This document shows positions 35,612 to 46,184 of a stretch of 64,000 bases of DNA, piece after piece (within the stretch, counting starts at the first letter, position 1; each line of letters begins with the position of its first letter). Both the position numbers and the translations under genes were made by a program. The notes under the pieces are model-generated. The model worked only from the letters and a program-made list of their open reading frames with translations. It made no database searches and had not been told where the DNA came from. The DNA comes from an uncultured Armatimonadetes bacterium (lineage in GTDB: Bacteria; Armatimonadota; Hebobacteria; Hebobacterales; Hebobacteraceae): positions 3,200,001-3,264,000 of the forward strand of contig OY970296.1 of NCBI GenBank assembly GCA_963716175.1, read 5' to 3'.

Positions 35612-36178
35612 CTACTTCTGACGCTGGAAGCGGCCCGGCTCTCCGAAGAGCTGGGTCCCCTCCGCGTGTTTCAGGACCAGGGCCTGGAGGTCTTGCGTGG
35701 GCGCGGTGAGCACGGTGGTGTCTTCGATCCGCTCATGGCCAATCTGGGTCTCTCCCTGCTTGATCTTCTGATCCAGAGCGTCGGGGTCCATGGATGCGAT
35801 CTCCAGGCTGTCACCTTTGATCTGGAGACGGGAGCAAGTGTGCGCGGGCACGAAGTGAAAGGCCCAGAAGGCGCTGATGTTCTCGCACTGCTTTTCCTCA
35901 ATGGGTTTGGGGAAGAGGTCCAGGAAGAGGTGGTCTCCCAGCTTCAGCAGGTGTCCCTGGAACTTGCCGGGCTTGCCCTCCTCCAAGACGGTCACCTGAT
36001 AGGCCTTGTCTCCCTCCTTCTCGAAGGTCCACGTGTCCTTGCTGTCGGAGGGCACCCAGGTGCCGACCAGGGCCGGCTCGAAGACCAGGTCCTTCTCGGT
36101 GTAGAAGGGGTGGATCGAAGGCACGCATCCGGACAGCAGGAGTACCGGCGCCAGCCAGAACAGGCTTCGGGTACGCAC
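35612..36178 (-). CDS. Lipoprotein
   Basis: RBS AAGGAG, GTG start, lipobox LLSGC, VPSIHPFYT. Confidence 0.75.
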   Translation of the reverse strand: MRTRSLFWLAPVLLLSGCVPSIHPFYTEKDLVFEPALVGTWVPSDSKDTWTFEKEGDKAYQVTVLEEGKPGKFQGHLLKLGDHLFLDLFPKPIEEKQCENISAFWAFHFVPAHTCSRLQIKGDSLEIASMDPDALDQKIKQGETQIGHERIEDTTVLTAPTQDLQALVLKHAEGTQLFGEPGRFQRQK

Positions 36179-36492
36179 GGTTATGCTCCTTTCCTGAGCC
36201 GAAGTTAGACTGCGGCCGGGATGGTAGCAGGCCTCGGGCAAGGGGTCAATGACGGCTGGTGGGAGGGGCTGGGAGGACCGCTGGGTGCGGTCAGGCCGTG
36301 TGCCAATGAGCCCCCACGTGGTCTTGACAGGCCCCTCGCGCAGACTATACTCTGTCGCAAAGAGCGGTTTTCCTGCTGGGTAAGCAAGCGGATGGAATGG
36401 CGCGACGAGGGCCGCTTGCGGGAAGAGAGGCCGGTCGGAGAAGGCGCGGCAGTGGGCGCCTGGGATTGGACCTTGCACAAGGAGGCTGTGAC

Positions 36493-37926
36493 ATGTCTCT
36501 TTCCAGTGCTAGACTCACTGCGATCAGGTATCTGGCGAGCCAAACCGCGCCGTTTCTGCTGAGTCACGCCAGTGACAGCCGCCTGATCACCTTAACGCGG
36601 GTGCTGGAGCGCGTGGCGCGCACTGAGCACCACAAGGCCCAGGTCAGATACCTGCGTCAGCTCGTCGTGGAGCAGCACCCCTCTGTGGTGCTGATGCGCC
36701 GCGTGCTGGAGCTACACCCCAATGCCAGGCGCGGCATCATCAACTCCCTGGGCATCAACGCCACCTGGTTGGGCGAGGCGGAGCGTACCGCTTTCGCGGC
36801 CGAGCACGGGGTACGGCCGCCCTATCTGATCGTGATCAGCCCGACCATGCGCTGCAACCTGCGCTGCCTGGGCTGCTACGCCGGCAACTACCCCCGAGAT
36901 GGGCAGGACCCGCTCTCCTTCGACGACCTGGATCGGATCGTGTCGGAGGGCAAGGAGATGGGCGTCTACATGTACACCATCTCCGGAGGCGAGCCCTTCA
37001 TGAGGCCGGATCTGCTCGACCTCTACGACAAGCACCGCGACTGCGTGTTCTTGATCTACACCAACGGCATCTGCATAGACGACAAGACGGTCGCGCGCCT
37101 GCAGGCCTGCGGCAATGCCGCGCCGGGCATCAGCGTGGAGGGATGGGAGGCACAGACGGATTTCCGGAGGGGCAAGGGCGTCTACCGCAGGGTGATGGCC
37201 ACCATGGACGCGCTGCGGGAGGCGGGGATCTTCTTCGGCTTCTCGGCCACCGCCACTCGGCTCAACGCCGAAGTCTACTACGACGAGGGGTTCTACGACT
37301 TCATGGCCGAGAAGGGCTGCCTTTTCGGCTGGTTCTTCATCTTCGTGCCGGTGGGGCAGGACAGCTCGGTGGACCTGATGGTGACCCCACAGCAGCGGGA
37401 CAGGCTCCGCCGGGCGGTGTCTCGCATGCGCGCCACCAAGCCCATCTTCGTGGCGGACTTCTGGAATGACGGCTGCCTCACGGGCGGCTGCATGTCCGGG
37501 GGGACTCTCTATCTTCACGTCAACTACCGGGGCGACCTGGAGCCCTGTGTGTTCATGCACTTCGCCGAGGACAACATCCTGGAGATGCACGCCCGCGGCC
37601 AGCATCTATGGGAGGTGCTGAAGAGCCCCTTGTTCACCCGGATTCGGGGGGTGAACCGGCGCGATCCGAACCCCCTGCGGCCCTGCCCCATCATAGACCA
37701 TAACGAATGGCTGGCAGAGGCCCTCGCCGGCACTCGGGCTCGGCCCACTCACCCCGGTGCCGAGGACATCGTCACCCGCCTGGCCCCGCAGGTGCGGGCC
37801 TGGGCGGCCGAATACGGAAAGCTGGCCGATCATGCTTGGTATCAGAGCGGTGAGTACGCCTGGGCCCAGCGGCCGGGGGACCCGCTCTGGACCTCCGATC
37901 ACGAGCTGTCTGAGCGGGCCAGCTAG
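36493..37926 (+). CDS. Radical SAM protein with SPASM/twitch domain
   Basis: CNLRCLGC, GGEPF, GC..G..GDLEPC. Confidence 0.92.
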   Translation: MSLSSARLTAIRYLASQTAPFLLSHASDSRLITLTRVLERVARTEHHKAQVRYLRQLVVEQHPSVVLMRRVLELHPNARRGIINSLGINATWLGEAERTAFAAEHGVRPPYLIVISPTMRCNLRCLGCYAGNYPRDGQDPLSFDDLDRIVSEGKEMGVYMYTISGGEPFMRPDLLDLYDKHRDCVFLIYTNGICIDDKTVARLQACGNAAPGISVEGWEAQTDFRRGKGVYRRVMATMDALREAGIFFGFSATATRLNAEVYYDEGFYDFMAEKGCLFGWFFIFVPVGQDSSVDLMVTPQQRDRLRRAVSRMRATKPIFVADFWNDGCLTGGCMSGGTLYLHVNYRGDLEPCVFMHFAEDNILEMHARGQHLWEVLKSPLFTRIRGVNRRDPNPLRPCPIIDHNEWLAEALAGTRARPTHPGAEDIVTRLAPQVRAWAAEYGKLADHAWYQSGEYAWAQRPGDPLWTSDHELSERAS

Positions 37927-37948
37927 CGCCAGCGCCAGAGGAGGCCGG

Positions 37949-39247
37949 TTGCGAATCCTATTGCTGTCACCCAACCGCAAGCGCGATCCTGGAGCGGGGC
38001 CGGAGCGGCGGCTGAGAGGCACTTTCCCGCCGCTTTCGCTCCTCCAGGTGGCCGCGCTCACACCCCCCGAGTATGACCTGAGGATGCAGGATGAGGCGGT
38101 GCAGGAGATTGACCTCCGGGCCGACTGCGACCTGGTCGGGATCACCGCCTTCACCTCCTCCGCTCCTCGCGGCTACGACCTGGGCGATGCGTTTCGCGCC
38201 CGAGGGATTCCCGTGGTGATCGGTGGAATGCACGCCTCCGCCTGCCCGGAGGAGGCCCTTCAGCACTGCGACGCGGTGGTGGTGGGCGAGGCCGAGGGGG
38301 CCTGGCCGCGGCTGCTGTCGGACTGGCGCCAGCACCGGCTGGCGCCCATCTACCGCAGCGCCGACTACCCCGATGGGAGCGCCATTCCTGCGCCGCGGCG
38401 GGACCTGCTGCGCCGGGAAGACTACCTGGTGCCGGACACGGTGCAGGCCACCCGCGGCTGCGCCCACAACTGCTCCTTCTGCTCCGTGAGCACGTTCTTC
38501 GGCCAGCGGGTGCGAAGCCGGCCGGTGGACGAGGTGGCGGCCGAAGTAGCAGCTCTCCCCGGGCGGGTAGTAGTGTTCGTGGACGACAACATCATGGCTC
38601 TCCCCCGCCAGGCCGGCCGCTTGTTCGAGGCCCTCTCCGGAACCGGCAAGAAGTGGCTGGGGCAGGCCTCCACCGCGGTGGTGCAGAATGCCGAGCTGCT
38701 GCGGCTGGCGGCGCGCAGCGGCTGCCGGGCGCTGTTCATGGGGCTGGAGAGCCTGTCCAGCGCGGCCCTGGGACGGGTCAACAAGAGCTTCAACCTGGTG
38801 AGCAAGTTCGAGGACACCATCGCCCGCATGCACGACCTGGGCATTGGTGTCATCGGGGCCTTCATGTTCGGCTTCGACGGGGAAGACGACTCCGTCTTCG
38901 CGCGCACTGCTGAGTTCGCCGACCGCGCGCACATTGACGTCCCTCAATACTCCATCCTCACACCTTTGCCTGGCACCCCCCTCTACGACCGGATGGAGGC
39001 GGAGCACAGGATCTTCGACCGGGACTGGTCGCATTACGACGGAGGGCACGTCGTATTCGCGCCGCGGGGGACCACGCCGGAGAAGCTGGAACAGGGGCTG
39101 AAGGCGGCGTTGAGACACAGCTACTCTCGGCTCGGGATTCTCCGACGGCTGTTCGGGCTGTCAACCCGGCTGCCACTGATGCTGGCGCTCAACCTGGCCT
39201 TTCGCCGCCGCGCCATACCGTTCGCCATGGGGCCGACCCGCCTGTAG
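37949..39247 (+). CDS. B12-binding radical SAM protein
   Basis: VVIGGMHAS, VVGEAE, TRGCAHNCSFC, FVDDN, PLPGT. Confidence 0.92.
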   Translation: MRILLLSPNRKRDPGAGPERRLRGTFPPLSLLQVAALTPPEYDLRMQDEAVQEIDLRADCDLVGITAFTSSAPRGYDLGDAFRARGIPVVIGGMHASACPEEALQHCDAVVVGEAEGAWPRLLSDWRQHRLAPIYRSADYPDGSAIPAPRRDLLRREDYLVPDTVQATRGCAHNCSFCSVSTFFGQRVRSRPVDEVAAEVAALPGRVVVFVDDNIMALPRQAGRLFEALSGTGKKWLGQASTAVVQNAELLRLAARSGCRALFMGLESLSSAALGRVNKSFNLVSKFEDTIARMHDLGIGVIGAFMFGFDGEDDSVFARTAEFADRAHIDVPQYSILTPLPGTPLYDRMEAEHRIFDRDWSHYDGGHVVFAPRGTTPEKLEQGLKAALRHSYSRLGILRRLFGLSTRLPLMLALNLAFRRRAIPFAMGPTRL

Positions 39248-39303
39248 GGTAGGCATGCCCATGCCCACCGCCTCTCTGTCCGGCAGGAGCTCGCCTCCTG
39301 CCA
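39244..39303. repeat. REP cluster after stop codon
   Basis: GTAGGGTAGGCATGCCCATGCCCACC plus opposed GTGGCAGGAGGCGAGCTCCTGCC. Confidence 0.55.
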
Positions 39304-39376
39304 CTGTGGGGTGGGCACGGCGACGCCAGCGGCTCGCGTTCATGCCGACATCACCCCGATATGCGAAGCTGAATAG

Positions 39377-41314
39377 GTGAGCCTTTCCCCCCGGTCCCTG
39401 CTCGTAGGCCTGGTCGGCATCGTCGTCGTCTCTTTCATCGTCTCCTGGGCCGAGCTGGTCACCGGGCAGATCATGATTGGCTTTCTGCAACTCCCGCCCG
39501 TGGTGGTGGCCGCGCTTTTCCTGCTGGTGCTGCTGACCAAGGCCATGCGGCGAATAGCCCCTCGCCTCTCCCTCCGCCCCGGCGAGATCGCCGTGGTCTA
39601 CTGCATGCTGCTGATGGCCGCCATGCTCTCCTCCCGGGGCCTGATGGAGGACCTGCTGCCCACCCTGGTCGGCGTGAACTACTACGCCGACCCTGGCAAT
39701 CGCTGGGAGGAGCTGTTCTTCCGGTATATTCCAGCCTGGGCGGTTCCCTGGGACCCGGGCGGGGGCGTGCACCAGTTCCCCGCCACGGCCTTCTATCAGG
39801 AGTTGCGAGAGGGAGAGCGCCTCCCCTGGGGGCTCTGGCTGGGGCCTCTGGCCCGCTGGCTGCTGCTGGTAGCCGCCATCTTCATCGCCTTCCTCTGCCT
39901 GGCCGCCATCCTGCGCCGGCAGTGGAGCGACTACGAGCGCCTCTCCTATCCCCTGGTCCAGCTCCCGGTCGAGATGATCCGGGAGCCAGCCGGGCGCTCC
40001 TTCCTCAGCAATCGCCTCACCTGGGCCGGCTTCGCCATTCCTACCCTGCTCTTTGGCCTCAACGGCCTGCACAACTGGGACCCATCTCTGCCTTCCATCA
40101 ATGTCGAGATCTCTCTCAACAACTACTTCACCGCGCGGCCCTGGTCCGATATCACCTTCTTCGTCGCTTATCTCTCGCCCGGCGCCGTGGGCTTCTTCTA
40201 CTTGCTGCCGGTGGAGCTGCTGCTGAGCTTCTGGCTCTTCCACGTGGTGGCCAAGGTGCAGGATCTGCTGTTCTCGGCCCTGGCATTTCCTCCCATCTCC
40301 ACTCCCCACGGCAGCGGTGATGGCTACATGGACTACCAGACCGCGGGAGCTTACTTCGTCCTCGTCATCTACCTGGGAGCGGTGGCCCTGCCGCATCTGA
40401 AGGGAGCCCTGCGTCGGGCGATAGGTCGCGGGGGACCGTCCGGCCGGGAGGAGATGATCCCCTATCGCGGAGCCGTCTGGGGCCTGGGGCTGGGTTTGGC
40501 CGGGGCGGTGGTGTGGCTTCACCAACTGGGCATGAACGTCGGCTATGCCTGCTTCGTGCTCCTGGTCTACGTCTTCGTGGAGGCGATCGTGATGGCCCGC
40601 GGCTGCACCGAGGGCGGTCTCCCCATGTCGGAGGGCTGCTTCACCCCTATGGACATCAGCGCCCTGGTGATCCCCTCCATGGCCCTGGGTCCCAAGAACC
40701 TCATCGGCTCCGCCTTCTTCGATGCCATGTTCACCCGGGACCTGAGGGGGCTGGTGCTGACCGGGTTCCTGGACGGACAGAAGCTGGGCGACGAGATCGG
40801 CGTCAGGCGCCGCAGCCTCCTCTACGTGTTCGCCATCGCCATCCTGGTCACCATCCCGGTGGCCGGCGCCATCCAGCTCTGGCTGCCCTACCACCGGGGC
40901 GCCGCCGGTATGTACTCCTTCACCTACTATGGCAACAACATCCAGTTCTTCCGCGAGAACGGCGCCTTCCTGGAGGGTGAGACCCAGCATCTCTCCGGCG
41001 CCCTCGTCGCCTTCATCGCGGGAGGCATGGTCACCGCCCTGCTGGCCACACTGAGAGTCCGCTACGTGGGCTGGCCTCTCCACCCTCTGGGCTACGCTCT
41101 TTCCACCTCCTGGACCACGATGGTGTTCTGGTTCCCCATGCTGGTGGCCTGGGTGGTGAAAACCGTGATCGTGCATTACGGCGGGATGCGCCTCTACACG
41201 CGGCTGCGGCCATTCTTCCTGGGCCTCATCTTCGGCGAGTTCACCTCGGCCGTGATGTGGACCTTGATTGCCATGATCTGGCAGGTCCCGGCACCCATGT
41301 TTCCGTGGCCGTGA
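39377..41314 (+). CDS. DUF6785/DUF6784-type polytopic membrane protein, paralog 1
   Basis: RRQW...ERLSYP, WPLHPLGY, YGGMRLY..RPFFLGLI.GE. Confidence 0.8.
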   Translation: MSLSPRSLLVGLVGIVVVSFIVSWAELVTGQIMIGFLQLPPVVVAALFLLVLLTKAMRRIAPRLSLRPGEIAVVYCMLLMAAMLSSRGLMEDLLPTLVGVNYYADPGNRWEELFFRYIPAWAVPWDPGGGVHQFPATAFYQELREGERLPWGLWLGPLARWLLLVAAIFIAFLCLAAILRRQWSDYERLSYPLVQLPVEMIREPAGRSFLSNRLTWAGFAIPTLLFGLNGLHNWDPSLPSINVEISLNNYFTARPWSDITFFVAYLSPGAVGFFYLLPVELLLSFWLFHVVAKVQDLLFSALAFPPISTPHGSGDGYMDYQTAGAYFVLVIYLGAVALPHLKGALRRAIGRGGPSGREEMIPYRGAVWGLGLGLAGAVVWLHQLGMNVGYACFVLLVYVFVEAIVMARGCTEGGLPMSEGCFTPMDISALVIPSMALGPKNLIGSAFFDAMFTRDLRGLVLTGFLDGQKLGDEIGVRRRSLLYVFAIAILVTIPVAGAIQLWLPYHRGAAGMYSFTYYGNNIQFFRENGAFLEGETQHLSGALVAFIAGGMVTALLATLRVRYVGWPLHPLGYALSTSWTTMVFWFPMLVAWVVKTVIVHYGGMRLYTRLRPFFLGLIFGEFTSAVMWTLIAMIWQVPAPMFPWP

Positions 41315-41480
41315 GCCGCGGTAGGGCACAGCCGTTCCCACCCACCCTGTCGGGGCAGGTCAGCAAGCACACGGCGCCTAATCCCTGGGCCGTCAGTGGG
41401 AGCAACGTTCTTGTCGCGATCGGCCCTGGTCGCCCTCGGCGCAAGAATGTGCCTGCTACGATGTGAACGGGGCTCATGGG

Positions 41481-43418
41481 ATGAGGCTGTCGCTACGAGC
41501 ATTGGCTGTGGGCCTGGTCGGGATCGTGATCGTGGCCTTCATCGTCTCGTGGGCGGAGCTGGTCACAGGACAGATCATGATCGGCTTCCTCCAGCTCCCC
41601 CCGGTGGTGGTGGCGGCCCTGTTCGTGCTCGTGCTGCTGACCAGAGGAGTGCGGAGGTTCGCTCCCCGCCTCGCCCTCCAGCCGGGCGAGATCGTGGTGG
41701 TCTACTGCATGCTGCTGCTCACTGCCATGATCTCCTCCCGCGGCCTGATGGAGGACCTGATCCCCATGCTGGTGGGGATCAACTACTACGCCAACCCTGG
41801 CAACAAGTGGGAGGACCTGTTTTTCCCCTACCTCCCCGCCTGGTCGGTGCCCTGGGACGTGGGCGCGGGCGCCCACCAGTTCCCGGCCACTGCCTTCTAC
41901 GAGGGATTGAGGGAAGGGCAGCATATCCCCTGGCTGCTCTGGCTCAAGCCCCTCGCCCTCTGGTTGATCCTGGTGGTCGCGGTGTTTGCGGCCTTTCTCT
42001 GCCTCTCCGTGGTGCTGCGCAAGCAGTGGAGTGAGAATGAGCGGCTGGCCTATCCCCTGGTGCGCCTCCCGGTGGAGATGATCCGGGAGCAGCCCGGCCG
42101 CTCCTTCTACAGCAACCCGCTGACCTGGATCGGCTTCGCCATCCCGACCCTGCTGTTCGGGCTCAACGGGCTGCACAACTGGAACCCGTCGCTGCCATCG
42201 GTCAACGTCGAGATCGTGATCAACAACTACTTCAGCGAGCGCCCCTGGTCGGACATCACCTTCTTCGTCGCCTACATCTCTCCGGGCTCGGTCGGGTTTT
42301 TCTACCTGCTGCCCACCGAGCTGCTGCTCAGCTTCTGGTTCTTCCACCTGCTGGTGAAAGTGCAGGACCTGCTGTTCTCGCTGCTGGCCTTCCCCAGGAT
42401 TGCGTTCCCGCACGTGGATGCCAACGGCTACTCCGCCTATCAGACCTCGGGGGCCTACTTCGTGCTGGTGGCCTTCCTGGGGGCGGTGGCCCTGCCCCAC
42501 CTGAAGAGCGTGCTGAGGCGGGCGGTGAGCGCGGCCGGCCCCACCGGCCGGGATGAGATGATCCCCTACCGGGCGGCGGTATGGATTCTGCTGCTGGCCT
42601 TGACCGCGGCCGCGGTGTGGCTGCACCAGTCCGGCATGAGCATCGGCTTCGCCATCTACGCGCTGCTGGTCTACGTGTTCGTGGAAGCGATCATCATGGC
42701 GCGGGGATGCACCGAGGGCGGAATGCCCATGAGCGAAGGCACCTTCACCCCCCTGGACATCAGCTCCCTGGTGATCTCGCCCATGTCTCTGGGGGCCAGG
42801 AACCTGACCAGCGTGGCCTTCTTCGATACCCTGTTCGCCCGCGACCTGCGCGGCCTGGTGCTCACCGGCTTCCTCGACGGCCAGAAGCTGGGGGATGAGC
42901 TGGGCGTGCGGCGGCGCACCCTGCTCTACGTGTTCGTGATCTCGATTCTGGTGGCGATACCAGTGGCCGCAGCGATGCAGCTCTGGCTGCCTTACCACCG
43001 CGGCGCCGACACCATGTACTCCTGGATCTACCGCCGGAGCAATGTCCTCTACTTCGAGGAGAACGGCGCCTTCCTCCAGGGCGAGGCCCAGCACCTGACC
43101 GGAGGCTTGATCTCGTTCCTCGCGGGCGGCGCCTTCGCCGCCTGGCTGGCGATGATGCGGGTGCGCTATGTGGGGTGGCCCTTCCACCCATTGGGCTATG
43201 CCCTGTCCACCTCCTGGACCGCCACCGTCTTCTGGTTTCCCATGTTCGTGGCCTGGGTGGTGAAGACGCTGATCGTGCACTACGGCGGCATGCGCCTCTA
43301 CAACCGGTTGCGGCCTATATTCCTGGGGATGATCTTCGGGGAGTTCACTTCCGCAGTGATGTGGACACTCATCGCCATGATGTGGCGCGTGCCGGCCCCC
43401 TACTTCCCGTGGCCGTGA
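41481..43418 (+). CDS. DUF6785/DUF6784-type polytopic membrane protein, paralog 2
   Basis: Colinear and highly similar to 39377..41314. Confidence 0.8.
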   Translation: MRLSLRALAVGLVGIVIVAFIVSWAELVTGQIMIGFLQLPPVVVAALFVLVLLTRGVRRFAPRLALQPGEIVVVYCMLLLTAMISSRGLMEDLIPMLVGINYYANPGNKWEDLFFPYLPAWSVPWDVGAGAHQFPATAFYEGLREGQHIPWLLWLKPLALWLILVVAVFAAFLCLSVVLRKQWSENERLAYPLVRLPVEMIREQPGRSFYSNPLTWIGFAIPTLLFGLNGLHNWNPSLPSVNVEIVINNYFSERPWSDITFFVAYISPGSVGFFYLLPTELLLSFWFFHLLVKVQDLLFSLLAFPRIAFPHVDANGYSAYQTSGAYFVLVAFLGAVALPHLKSVLRRAVSAAGPTGRDEMIPYRAAVWILLLALTAAAVWLHQSGMSIGFAIYALLVYVFVEAIIMARGCTEGGMPMSEGTFTPLDISSLVISPMSLGARNLTSVAFFDTLFARDLRGLVLTGFLDGQKLGDELGVRRRTLLYVFVISILVAIPVAAAMQLWLPYHRGADTMYSWIYRRSNVLYFEENGAFLQGEAQHLTGGLISFLAGGAFAAWLAMMRVRYVGWPFHPLGYALSTSWTATVFWFPMFVAWVVKTLIVHYGGMRLYNRLRPIFLGMIFGEFTSAVMWTLIAMMWRVPAPYFPWP

Positions 43419-43432
43419 GGTAGCAGAGAAGG

Positions 43433-45160
43433 ATGGCAGCCAAGCGGCAGAGACAGAGAAGCAGGAAGACAGAAGCGGACGTGAGGGCGGGTCGCGGCAC
43501 GCTGCTGGCCCTCTGCGCGCTGGCGCCGGTTATCATCGCGGCCCTGGTCGTCTATTACCTGCTGGCCTCCAAGAGCGCGGCCGGGGAGCTTGGGTATCCC
43601 CTCGACGATAGCTGGATTCACGTCCGATTTGCCCAGCACCTGGCCCGGGGGCAGGGATTCTCCTTCAACCCGGGCCAGCCCACCAGCACCACCACGGGGG
43701 CGCTCTGGACGCTGCTGCTGGCCCTGGCCTATCGCCTCACGCACGAGTTCTTCTTCACCTCCATGGTAGTGAATGGCCTGCTCTCGGTTCTGCTGTGCCT
43801 CCTCGTCTACCAGCTCGGCCTCACGCTCCACCCCTCGCGGTGGGTGGCCTTGCTCGCCGGCCTCGCGGTGGCCGTCACTCCACCTCTGCCCTGGTGGGTC
43901 CTTTCTAGTATGGAGCCACCTCTCTACGGGACACTGGCCTTGCTGGGGGTGCTGCTGCATGTGCGAGGGCGAGTCGGCGGGAATGGGCACGCCCGGCCCA
44001 CAGCCACCACCGACCTGCTGGCGACGGTGGCCTTCGCGCTCGCCGGGCTGGCGCGGCCGGAATGCCTGCTCCTGTTCCCACTGGCGATGCTGGATCGCCT
44101 GGTGATGGCGCGGTGGGTGAGGAGAGAAGACGGCGGCCTCCGGCGCTGGCTGCAGCAGTTGGCCTGGCAGGCGCCCCTGTTCGCGGTGCTGGTGGCCCCG
44201 CCCTTCGTCTACGACCACCGCGTCACCGGCTACCTTCTGCCCAGCTCCTTCTACTCGAAGCAGCAGTGGATGAGCATCTCGGGCGCGCTCGCAACCGGCC
44301 AGACGAAGAACCTGCTCTACGTCCTGTTCGCAGCTCCCTGGCGGGAGCTGGGATCACTAGTGGTGACATGGGGCGCCGACAACTTGGTGCTGATCCTGCC
44401 TTTCCTCGCCGGCCTGATCTGGTTGACCTGGGAGACGGTGAAGGGCCGGTCCCGCGGTCAGTCGCTCCTGATCCCGCTGGCCCTGCTGGTGCAGCCCGTG
44501 GTCTGGGCGCTGGTCGCCGGCTACCGGCCCGCGGATTTCCAGAGCCAACGTTATCTCGCTGCCCTCAATCCTCTCTATCTGCTGGTAGGCGTGGTGGGCG
44601 GCGCCTGGATCGTGGGGCGAGCGGCCTCGCTGCGGCCTGGCTGGGCGCGCCTGGGGCTGGCCGCGGCCGTGCTGGCCGCTTCCTTGGCCCGACAGCCGGC
44701 GAGCGCGGCCACCTATGCCCTGAACGTGAAGAACATCACCGAGATGCAGGTTCGGATCGGGCGCTGGGTGCGGGATCACGTGCCCCACGGATCGCTGCTG
44801 GCGGTGAACGATGTCGGCGCCATCGGGGTTATCACCGATGACCCGGTGCTGGACCTGCAGGGGCTGGTGACGCCCCAGGTATTGGCGCTGCGGAGCATGA
44901 AGCAGCAGATCGCCGGGCGGGCTCCCGAGCTCCTCTCCCAGTATCTCTTCGATCACCGCCCCGACTACCTGATCATCTTCCCTGAATGGTACCCCGAGCT
45001 AGCCCAGCGCGGCAACCTGTTCACCCCGGTGTTCGGGGTGCGGTTGGAGGACAACATCACCTCCGGCCGCTCCATCATGGTGGTGTATCGGACGGTCTGG
45101 GCGGAGGAGAAGGGCAGAGGGAGAATCGCTCAGCCTGCACCGAAGGAGGAGAGGCGGTGA
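43433..45160 (+). CDS. GT-C-like membrane glycosyltransferase
   Basis: PLDDSWIH..FAQHL..G, MEPPL, LARPE, DVGAIG, DLQGL. Confidence 0.7.
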   Translation: MAAKRQRQRSRKTEADVRAGRGTLLALCALAPVIIAALVVYYLLASKSAAGELGYPLDDSWIHVRFAQHLARGQGFSFNPGQPTSTTTGALWTLLLALAYRLTHEFFFTSMVVNGLLSVLLCLLVYQLGLTLHPSRWVALLAGLAVAVTPPLPWWVLSSMEPPLYGTLALLGVLLHVRGRVGGNGHARPTATTDLLATVAFALAGLARPECLLLFPLAMLDRLVMARWVRREDGGLRRWLQQLAWQAPLFAVLVAPPFVYDHRVTGYLLPSSFYSKQQWMSISGALATGQTKNLLYVLFAAPWRELGSLVVTWGADNLVLILPFLAGLIWLTWETVKGRSRGQSLLIPLALLVQPVVWALVAGYRPADFQSQRYLAALNPLYLLVGVVGGAWIVGRAASLRPGWARLGLAAAVLAASLARQPASAATYALNVKNITEMQVRIGRWVRDHVPHGSLLAVNDVGAIGVITDDPVLDLQGLVTPQVLALRSMKQQIAGRAPELLSQYLFDHRPDYLIIFPEWYPELAQRGNLFTPVFGVRLEDNITSGRSIMVVYRTVWAEEKGRGRIAQPAPKEERR

Positions 45161-46171
45161 AGCCCGGGAAGCTACCGCTCGATCTGCTCGCCGACCTGCT
45201 GGCGCGGCTGCCGGGTGGCGATCCTCGCGTGCTGGTGGGGCCCAGGGTAGGGGAGGACGCGGCGGTGATTGACCTGGGGGATCGGCTGCTCGTCGCCAAG
45301 ACCGACCCGGTGACCTTCGCCACCGATCTCATCGCCTGGTACACGGTCAATGTCAACGCCAACGACATCGCCACCATGGGGGCCGAACCGCGGTGGTTCA
45401 TGGCCACCCTCCTGCTTCCGGAGAGCGTCCGCGAGCGGGAGATCGAGGCCCTCTTCGACCAGCTCTCCCAGGCCTGCCGGCGCCTCGGCGTCACCCCGGT
45501 GGGAGGCCATACCGAGATCACCATCGGCCTGCCTCGGCCCATCATGATCGGGTGTATGTTGGGCGAAGTAGGGCGCGATCGGCTCGTAACCAGCGCGGGG
45601 GCGCAAGCCGGCGACGCCGTGATTCTCGCTGGGTCCATCGCCATCGAGGGGACCGCTCTGCTAGCGCGGGAGGTAGGGGAGGAGCTGCTGGGCAGAGGAC
45701 TGGATGAGGCGACGGTGGCGCGGGCGAGAGACTTGCTGTTCGATCCCGGGATCAGCGTGGTGGCGCCGGCCCGCGTAGCCCTGCAAGTTGGCGGAATCAC
45801 CGCCTTGCACGATCCCACCGAGGGCGGCCTCGCCACCGGCCTGCGGGAGCTGGCCCTCGCCTCCGGGGTCGGCCTCGAGATCGTAGGGGAGGCCATCCCC
45901 CTGCTCCCCTTGACCGGTCAGGTGTGCGCCGCGCTCGGGGTTGGACCCGCTCGGGCTCATCGCCTCCGGCTCCCTCCTGATCGGGGCCCGGCCAGATGCT
46001 GCCGACCGGGTACTTCGCGCCCTTGGGGCAGCCGGAGTGGCGGCGGCCATCATCGGTCGCGCATTGCCAAAGGAAAGAGGCCTCACCCTGGTCGCCCGCG
46101 GCCGCGCCGGCCCGCTGCCCGCGTTCGCGCGCGATGAGCTGGCCCGGTTCTTCGACCAGAGGCCGACCTGA
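45157..46171 (+). CDS. AIR synthase-related (PurM/HypE-like) protein, apparent frameshift at ~45937-45940
   Basis: GEDAA, NANDIATMGA, GGHTE, HDPTEGG; DPLGLIASGSLL continues in another frame after GGGG. Confidence 0.85.
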
Positions 46172-46184
46172 GCCTGCCTCCAGC

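Noticed and set aside
39161-43280. Long antisense ORFs (39161..41341, 41493..43280) and similar shadow ORFs across the window
   Set aside because: Opposite-strand shadows of high-GC genes with no recognisable motifs
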